A stretch of DNA of 12,366 nucleotides from a virus (lineage: Duplodnaviria; Heunggongvirae; Uroviricota; Caudoviricetes): the IMG/VR virus record IMGVR_UViG_3300033069_001798, positions 128,001 through 140,366 of that record; one strand, written 5' to 3'. The notes under the pieces are model-generated. The model did not search any database and had not been told where the DNA came from. It saw only the letters and a program-made list of their open reading frames with translations. The position numbers and the translations under genes are program-made. Shown one piece after another: positions 8,101 through 12,366 of the stretch (the first letter of the stretch is position 1; each line of letters opens with the position of its first letter).

Positions 8101-8154
8101 AAGATCAATTTCGCGCTCGTAAAAATTTGGTGACTTAAATGTTTGCTCTGGCAT
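5137..8154 (-). CDS. Tail sheath protein, paralog 1. It is gp18-like and 1005 aa.
   Basis: The start is ATG (cat at 8152..8154). The N-terminus 'EREIDLSAPQIAGPVGVPAGVIGTSNKGPAFVPVTVGNFDEFVARFGN' aligns with the T4 gp18 N-terminus ('...TGTAALAGKFQWGPAF...NEVDLVNTFGQP'). The C-terminus reads 'WFAPAGFNRASL', 'FVIYGQKTL', 'ALDRVNVRRLLLEVKR', 'VVMNETNNTQEDVDLNRLNGKIMIVPTRTIEYIAIDFIITN'. This closely parallels the gp18 C-terminal domain. Identity to paralog 2 is about 40-55% in the conserved blocks, by eye. Confidence 0.9.
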   Translation of the reverse strand: MPEQTFKSPNFYEREIDLSAPQIAGPVGVPAGVIGTSNKGPAFVPVTVGNFDEFVARFGNLDPKRFGPYAVKEFLQHKTALTYLRVLGAGANASSSDILTTQTTGRVLSAGMYLNGTAAAHDNLGRHNGAVQFLAARHTLQTNEAYGIPLFTDNDSYTGSTVNLIRGMIMTPTSSRVMVLGGGTAAPLGTFNGSNSDSATLSSGKFKLIISSTLGNTFWNSDNNPGVKIFTASLNPTDADYFAKILNTDPDKFVSEQHYLYADFPVDDELATATVVGVLSGSNVTSANSGDTTLAMRKAFGAFDTRYKAPSTSYFISQPFGATEYDLFKFEALDDGEYANTLYKIAITDLKASLDDSNPYGTFTVQVRDWTDTDTNPKVLESFPNCSLNPTAANYVAKLVGDRKVTFNFDATVDAERRIVTFGKYDNKSRYVRIVMTDAVERALVPQKTLPFGFHGHQLPKTNDLLTDTSPSTATSRLAASLGVSVASSLSGSLLPPVPFRVKVTKGDAPSGAAWQGLPGSTELVLSQLYWGVKFERNTNALNPNLVSEKNALLASYTKFLGIDKLDVLVSGSGADTFNNNKFTLAKVAFSNGAITHLTASVNEHMKEAAYIRNGKLDTSNYTINDSAIGTRVTLATILAKDTAANFNKFSTFTKFVTFMGGGWDGVNILDRDARRLNDKASSFDAGGGAEVGYTAPGLGFNPSGTGQLNSTVASYKTAVDIMTDPMTVNTNILTIPGIRETFVSDYAMKKVRDYGLAYYVMDIPSYDDASARLYDDSTARPSVDKTAEQVDTRAIDNNYAGTYYPDVYIDDATNKRRVKVPASVAAMGALAFNDRVAYPWFAPAGFNRASLDFVSNVAVRLNVSDRDRLDASRINPIATFPRLGFVIYGQKTLQINKSALDRVNVRRLLLEVKRIIIDIAQRGVFENNTPEVRNKFVADATLQLGLIQAQAGVEQFQVVMNETNNTQEDVDLNRLNGKIMIVPTRTIEYIAIDFIITNSGVTFG

Positions 8155-9526
8155 CGATCTTCTCTTCTGTGGTTGGAATCGCTACGATAAGTATCAAAGG
8201 TTCTTGACGAAAACCGCGTGAGATTGGTGCTAATCCATCGATCACTTCTATTGACAAGTCGCCCATGTCTACGCCCGTCGAGTAGACTGTTTCACCAGTG
8301 TTAGAATTAACAGTTGTGATTCGAACGAACCTTTCAACAAGTTCACCACGAGAATTACGAGCCAAGTATCTCTTGTACTGAGGTGGGTTTCTTCCCCTTG
8401 AGAATGCTTGAAGAGCTGGATCATTTGGATCGATCTGTTCGCTAGCAATGAACAGACGACCTCGCCCAGTTTCTCTTTGATCACGTCTACCATTTCTAAC
8501 GGCAGACAACGGCAACGTCGGATCGTCAGCTCCCAAGAATGGATCATCAACGCCATCTCTAACAGTTGCTTCTGGCAACGGTAGACCGACGCTAAAGTTA
8601 ACTTCTGGGACTGAAACGTAGCGCTTCACAGCTAGCGGCACGCCTGGTGCTGACGATGCCAAGATGTACGCAGGAACGTTGATCTCAAACTTCGTCTTGA
8701 TCATCCTTTCCGCGGTGCTCATGTCATCAAAGTTCATGTCTGGCGTGAAATTTTCATCTGCTAGCGTTGCAACGAACCAATAACCGGCTGGTGTTGAAAG
8801 TTTCCAACCACGTGTCTGCGGCAAGAAAGAAGAGATCAACGTCTCAAGCAGCTGATTCATCTGTCGACGGTACTGCGCCCAGATCTCAACTTCGTACGTT
8901 GCTGTGTAAAACTGCGGTGATGGAACAACAAGCGTCTCGTAGATGTTGTTTGTGCGATCTGGTACCATCAAGCCGCCATCAGCAACGATTCCAACTTCAT
9001 CCCCGAGCTCGCCGACGCGGCGCTCAGTGGCTAGCTGACCGCTGTCAGCCATCGCAACTGGCACACCAAGCCCACTCGAGTGACGCAGAAAAACTCGATT
9101 AATCAAACCTTGGTAGCTACGGTCTGAATTATCTAGTTTTCTTCTCACTATGATCTCGCCGGTCATCTGGTTGATTCCCCGACCGGTGATGTCAGTGACT
9201 GGTGATTGCGTTATGTTAGTACGTCCGATCACTATGATCGGTAGGATCAAAGAACCATTCTTGTCTCTTATCGACTTGTTCTTCTTGATGAGTGCCCACT
9301 TCTCACCACCGGCAAAGATGATCGGTACTCTTTTCGTACCGGTGCCTTCACCTTCTGTCACTAGCAACGGCAACTCTTTGTTGAACAACTGGAACAAGGA
9401 CACATCGACGTCTTCAATCCCTACTGGCGGGATGGCGATGGACGTAGTCGGGCCTTCTGGGTACCCAGATGGAAGCGGTGCTACACCGTGATTGACTGCT
9501 CCTCTAGCGTTAAATCTGTTGGTCAT
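8135..9526 (-). CDS. Hypothetical virion structural protein of 463 aa. It lies immediately upstream of sheath paralog 1 and overlaps its start by 20 nt. By position it corresponds to a tail terminator / sheath stabiliser (T4 gp15). There is no sequence-level support for that role.
   Basis: It has an ATG start (cat at 9524..9526) and a TAA stop (rc of 8135..8137). Its ATG overlaps the upstream gene's stop as ATGA. No ATPase or terminase motifs were seen. The assignment is by synteny only. Confidence 0.6.
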   Translation of the reverse strand: MTNRFNARGAVNHGVAPLPSGYPEGPTTSIAIPPVGIEDVDVSLFQLFNKELPLLVTEGEGTGTKRVPIIFAGGEKWALIKKNKSIRDKNGSLILPIIVIGRTNITQSPVTDITGRGINQMTGEIIVRRKLDNSDRSYQGLINRVFLRHSSGLGVPVAMADSGQLATERRVGELGDEVGIVADGGLMVPDRTNNIYETLVVPSPQFYTATYEVEIWAQYRRQMNQLLETLISSFLPQTRGWKLSTPAGYWFVATLADENFTPDMNFDDMSTAERMIKTKFEINVPAYILASSAPGVPLAVKRYVSVPEVNFSVGLPLPEATVRDGVDDPFLGADDPTLPLSAVRNGRRDQRETGRGRLFIASEQIDPNDPALQAFSRGRNPPQYKRYLARNSRGELVERFVRITTVNSNTGETVYSTGVDMGDLSIEVIDGLAPISRGFRQEPLILIVAIPTTEEKIDARANI

Positions 9527-10197
9527 GGATCCTCATCGTAGAATGATGATCCGACGCCGTCTGGATCGCCACGCGAGGAAACCTCGCGAGCTCCAGTAAG
9601 CGGAGGATCTAGAACGCCAGCTCTCACCAAATCTCTTACATCACCGGTCGGCTCGCCTCGAGAATCCAACGACTGACCTCTCTGCTGTTCAAACGTCTTC
9701 TGGACTGCATCATCTTCTGGCCGTGAGATATCTGTTGGACCCATGAGAAGCGCCTTGAATTGCTCTTCTCTTGCCTTCAAACCGACGATCTTCACGCCGT
9801 CTTTGTGCTCTGGCAAACCGTAGATGTTTCTCATGACTTGTTCTTCGGTAATCTCGTAGAACACGTCGTTGAAAGAGAAGAAATCACCTATCTGGACGTT
9901 TATTCCTTTCTCAACGATGTCTCTGTATTGAACGAACAATTCAAGCTTGTATTGCTGGTCAACGCCGTACTTTCCGATCTTGGTATCAATCTGGTACTGG
10001 GAATCGACAAGAGCATCGATGATTATCGGATTATCAAAAACTTTCTTGATCGCTTCGTTGTAGATTCCTACTGTCAAAGTCTTTGCTTCTGAGATCGGAT
10101 AATAGTAGATCTTCTGGCCAACAATATCCTTTATCAGTTCTTTTGTGATATCTGATATGAAGTTAAGTTCTCTTGGAGTTATGAACAATCGTGACAT
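9523..10197 (-). CDS. Hypothetical structural protein of 224 aa. It has a folded domain of about 155 aa followed by an acidic, Gly/Pro/Asp/Arg-rich disordered tail of about 70 aa. By position it is a neck/tail-completion protein (T4 gp14 position).
   Basis: It has an ATG start (cat at 10195..10197) and a TGA stop overlapping the next ATG (9523..9526). It lies 6 nt after the 392-aa gene. The tail 'RPEDDAVQKTFEQQRGQSLDSRGEPTGDVRDLVRAGVLDPPLTGAREVSSRGDPDGVGSSFYDEDP' is low-complexity. Confidence 0.55.
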   Translation of the reverse strand: MSRLFITPRELNFISDITKELIKDIVGQKIYYYPISEAKTLTVGIYNEAIKKVFDNPIIIDALVDSQYQIDTKIGKYGVDQQYKLELFVQYRDIVEKGINVQIGDFFSFNDVFYEITEEQVMRNIYGLPEHKDGVKIVGLKAREEQFKALLMGPTDISRPEDDAVQKTFEQQRGQSLDSRGEPTGDVRDLVRAGVLDPPLTGAREVSSRGDPDGVGSSFYDEDP

Positions 10198-10203
10198 ATT
10201 TCA

Positions 10204-11382
10204 TCATCCAATCACGATTGCATGCGGCATAGGAACGAAGCGCAATTGCTTCTGCAAGTTTTCTGCTAGAGTTGCTTGCTGCTCGACGAGCTTAGCATTC
10301 GTCAGATTATCAAGGAATTCCTTCAGCTGCGTTAGAAGCTTCTCTTTGTCTTCTCTTGCTGTCGAAACTAGAGACTCACCGTTCAACTGCAAGTCTGCGT
10401 TAGGAATCGGAATAGACTGAAATTTCGATCTGGTGATTCCAAGCAACTCTCTGCACAGCGCAAGAGTGTACTGCCTGATCCATTGACGACCTGGTTGAGT
10501 GATCGTTGCAAAAGGGATGTTTCCTAGCGGCACGTTCTGCGGTCCGGAAACGCCGTAGATAGTTTGATCCAATCCTTGCAACGCAGTTGCATTCAGAGGA
10601 TCAGATGCACCAGCTTGAACTTTAACGAACAACTTACCCAGCTGAAGAGTCGTAGAAGGAATCGGAAATATTCTAAGTTTGCTACCGATGATCTCATAGC
10701 TGTAGTTTGACCTTCTCACTCTGAACGCTGCTTCAAGCATCCCTCTCCTAAGAACGTCTTCAAAGATCGGCAGCACGTAGAACACGGTGCTGTTGACGTA
10801 AGACTCGTAGTTGAAGTTCGTTGCTAGAAAGTTGGTGATGTTGCTAGCGTTAAGCAAAAAGTGCTGAGCAGCTAGCGGCTCCATGTGAAAGACTTCAATG
10901 ATGCGAATTGGACTCTTTGTCGTCATGTTGGTGTATATAACGCTGCCAGAGACTGCATCCTTTAGTTCAGTGTAGATGTTGTAATCCTGACGTCCTGCCT
11001 CGAGATCAAAGTAGCCCAACGTTGCATCGTACGAACCTCCAACGCCAGCGTAGGAAGCATACGGCGAAGCCTGCCTCATGAGATACTCAAGAGTCTGGTG
11101 CAAGTAACGGTTCGTCATGTCATTCAAGCTTCCAGTCGGCATGCCTAGCACGTTTGCCAGCTCTGACTGGATCTTCATCTCGTGAACTTTCCTTGCGTAC
11201 TCGCAGCATGCTTCTTCAAAGCATGCCCATATCTCTTTCTTCGACAGCTCGACAGACAAGACATCATCGCCGAGCTTTCTCTTCACGAAAGTTACCATGC
11301 CGTCTGCTTCTGTCTGAAAGCTAGCATCAGAATCGAAAAATCCAAAAGGCGTTGGCCTGATTGTTTGCACAAACGTTGACAT
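10204..11382 (-). CDS. Putative neck protein of 392 aa, gp13-like.
   Basis: It has an ATG start (cat at 11380..11382) with a strong SD upstream (AAGGAAAG, 9-nt spacer). The N-terminus 'FVKRKLGDDVLSVELSKKEIWACFEEACCEYARKVH' resembles T4 gp13 '[34 protein letters not shown]'. The C-terminus '...ALCRELLGITRSKFQ...NGESLVSTAREDKEKLLTQL...PMPHAIVIG' resembles the gp13 C-terminus '...ALAKELNGQILARHQG...[20 protein letters not shown]...PFGILVG'. I recalled the gp13 sequence from memory and it needs confirming. Confidence 0.55.
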   Translation of the reverse strand: MSTFVQTIRPTPFGFFDSDASFQTEADGMVTFVKRKLGDDVLSVELSKKEIWACFEEACCEYARKVHEMKIQSELANVLGMPTGSLNDMTNRYLHQTLEYLMRQASPYASYAGVGGSYDATLGYFDLEAGRQDYNIYTELKDAVSGSVIYTNMTTKSPIRIIEVFHMEPLAAQHFLLNASNITNFLATNFNYESYVNSTVFYVLPIFEDVLRRGMLEAAFRVRRSNYSYEIIGSKLRIFPIPSTTLQLGKLFVKVQAGASDPLNATALQGLDQTIYGVSGPQNVPLGNIPFATITQPGRQWIRQYTLALCRELLGITRSKFQSIPIPNADLQLNGESLVSTAREDKEKLLTQLKEFLDNLTNAKLVEQQATLAENLQKQLRFVPMPHAIVIG

Positions 11383-11484
11383 TCTTTACTTTCCTTTTCG
11401 ATCTAGCACTACGAATATGTATTGAACGTAACCCGGTTGAACTCATGTATGCAACGTTTATCTGAAGAGAGGTACAGTTAAATT
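11383..11484. promoter_or_regulatory. Divergent 102-nt intergenic region. It presumably carries promoters for the minus-strand structural operon and for the plus-strand zinc-ribbon gene. It contains a TTGAAC direct repeat (11431..11436 and 11447..11452). No canonical T4 late promoter (TATAAATA) was found.
   Basis: This is the only sizeable non-coding gap between divergent starts (11382 minus, 11485 plus). The -35-like TTGAAC hexamer occurs twice, 16 nt apart. The SD elements for both genes lie at the edges of the gap. Confidence 0.3.
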
Positions 11485-11874
11485 ATGGCTAGCAATGTTG
11501 GCGACGAGCTGGTTCTAAACATCGAAGACAACTTTGGGTACAGGGACAAGACGATCAGGCAGATCAAAGTCCAGATCATCAACGTCTCATACGATGAATA
11601 CGATTCATCGCCGATGTATCTCTGTTACGTCCCCAATTATTTGACCCATCCAGGGTCATTTAAGATTAGCGAACTCACTTGCAAAAAGTTCAAGCTAGCA
11701 AAGAAGTGGCTTGGTGAGCAAGCAGTCATGGTGCAGCACGTTGCATCAATTGCGCGCCGAATTGAAGCACCTCGAGGCGAACAATGCACGCGGTGCAAGG
11801 ACTTTATCGTTGGTGCATCTAAGAGCGAAGACGAGTTTCGCTGCAGAGCGTGCAAAGAAAATCCTTGGCGTTAA
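11485..11874 (+). CDS. Hypothetical small protein of 129 aa with a C-terminal zinc ribbon (CxxC-x17-CxxC).
   Basis: It has an ATG at 11485 with GAGAGG 11 nt upstream, and a TAA stop at 11872..11874. The sequence 'CTRCKDFIVGASKSEDEFRCRACKENPW' is a four-Cys zinc-ribbon pattern. The N-terminal 85 aa have protein-like composition. The gene overlaps the 3' end of the minus-strand partial ORF by 129 nt in antisense register. Confidence 0.5.
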   Translation: MASNVGDELVLNIEDNFGYRDKTIRQIKVQIINVSYDEYDSSPMYLCYVPNYLTHPGSFKISELTCKKFKLAKKWLGEQAVMVQHVASIARRIEAPRGEQCTRCKDFIVGASKSEDEFRCRACKENPWR

Positions 11875-12366
11875 CTTTGAGAAGCGCTGGGCGAGGCGCT
11901 TGATGCTAGCTAGAGCATCTGGCGATGTCTTCGAAGCATAACGCTCACGAAGCGTAGAAGCTGAATTAGCTCTCGCCGAAGAAATGTCTTCTGAGACACT
12001 TGGCGTTCTTGGCGCTGGACGTTGCTCAAAAGTCAGCTTCTCAGCAGATATCTCTTTCTTCTGCACGACAATCGGCGTTGCTGTCACCTTGAACTCTTGC
12101 GTTGAAGGCTTCTTCTTCACCTGAATCGATTCAGCCATGACCTTCAATGCTTTCTTGAAGGCGATCTGAAACTGCACTGGCGCGAAATAGCGATTCTCGA
12201 TCAGAACTTCCACTCGAGCGTTGTAAGTTCCCTCAGCTAGCCTTGAAGACATCTGAGGTAGAACAAACTGGACAACGCCATCTTCACCGGTACCATAACC
12301 GTTGAACATGTAAGATACGTCTTCGCCTTCGCACACCAATCGAACTTTAGCAGGTGACGGAGATGA
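11746..12366 (-). CDS. Hypothetical protein, N-terminus outside the window. It has a beta-rich, Ig-like-looking segment followed by a K/A/S/R-rich low-complexity C-terminal region. The last 40 or so codons overlap the zinc-ribbon gene.
   Basis: The minus-strand frame is open from the window end (SSPSPAKVRLVCEGEDVSYMFNGYG...) down to a stop at 11746..11748. The segment 'VQFVLPQMSSRLAEGTYNARVEVLIENRYFAPVQFQIAF' looks like a folded domain. The distal roughly 100 aa (ARANSASTLRERYASK...RALFASRCFNSARN) are junk-like. They could be a shadow of plus-strand coding or a disordered basic tail. Confidence 0.45.
   Translation of the reverse strand, partial: SSPSPAKVRLVCEGEDVSYMFNGYGTGEDGVVQFVLPQMSSRLAEGTYNARVEVLIENRYFAPVQFQIAFKKALKVMAESIQVKKKPSTQEFKVTATPIVVQKKEISAEKLTFEQRPAPRTPSVSEDISSARANSASTLRERYASKTSPDALASIKRLAQRFSKLTPRIFFARSAAKLVFALRCTNDKVLAPRALFASRCFNSARN

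Noticed and set aside
5147-8122. Plus-strand and alternate-frame ORFs inside sheath paralog 1 (for example 5147..5485, 5528..5743, 6340..6594, 7133..7381, 7463..7687, 7862..8122, and minus-strand 5568..5852, 5985..6239, 7053..7256)
   Set aside because: These are shadow ORFs of a well-supported coding region. They have no independent signals.
8269-10420. ORFs 8269..8556(-), 8767..9102(+), 9150..9491(+), 9760..10092(+), 10145..10420(+), 11182..11379(+) nested in or antisense to the 463/224/392-aa genes
   Set aside because: They overlap better-supported long ORFs. Their translations are R/S/C/L-rich and junk-like.
11383-11484. Possible tRNA in the 102-nt divergent intergenic region (GGTTGAAC reminiscent of a T-loop)
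   Set aside because: There is no GTTCRANYC T-loop with a flanking 5-bp stem. No acceptor or anticodon arm pairing could be drawn. No tRNA, rRNA or CRISPR repeat structure occurs anywhere in the window.
11882-11919. Two adjacent palindromes 3' of the zinc-ribbon gene as an intrinsic terminator
   Set aside because: The stems are short (6 bp each) and no T-tract follows. They lie inside the minus-strand ORF. They are noted only as a curiosity within the overlap finding.
11637-11941. ORFs 11637..11855(-) and 11711..11941(+) in the convergent-overlap zone
   Set aside because: Both are alternative-frame readings of the zinc-ribbon gene region or its 3' flank. Their translations (RGASIRRAIDATCC..., ANNARGARTLSLVHLRAK...) look non-protein-like.
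1-12366. Search for T4 late-promoter consensus TATAAATA (tatttata on the plus strand for minus-strand genes)
   Set aside because: No exact match was found by eye in any intergenic region. The only near match (tatataac, about 10934) is inside the 392-aa CDS on the wrong strand. Promoter assignments are therefore left open.

Overview
This window looks like part of the virion structural module of a contractile-tailed (myovirus) phage with T4-like protein signatures. Most genes are on the minus strand. The order along the minus strand, high to low coordinates, is:

- a partial Ig-like/basic-tailed protein (11746..12366, running off the window end);
- a 392-aa protein whose N- and C-termini resemble T4 neck protein gp13 as I recall it;
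- a 224-aa protein with an acidic disordered tail;
- a 463-aa protein that is translationally coupled into the next gene;
- two tandem, diverged paralogs of a very large gp18-like tail sheath protein (1005 aa and about 1023 aa);
- an AT-rich freestanding GIY-YIG (I-TevI/Seg-like) homing endonuclease gene;
- a 113-aa all-helical protein.

A perfect 14-bp stem-loop sits between the two sheath genes. Two hairpin terminators share a CTCGGA/TCCGAG stem core: one follows sheath paralog 2, and one is bidirectional between the 113-aa gene and a convergent plus-strand gene. That plus-strand gene runs off the window start and carries an HNH-like N-H-I-D-G motif. A small plus-strand gene for a C-terminal zinc-ribbon protein (11485..11874) diverges from the neck gene and overlaps the 3' end of the partial minus-strand gene by 129 nt.

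The ORF track evidently lists ORFs from TTG alternative starts as 'M'. Two listed starts (1944, 5083) are TTG codons that lie inside hairpins. The internal ATGs at 1905 and 5056 are the likely true starts. No tRNA, rRNA or CRISPR array was found.

The most notable feature is the tandem duplication of the roughly 1000-aa sheath gene. No tail-tube gene lies next to the sheath genes in this window.
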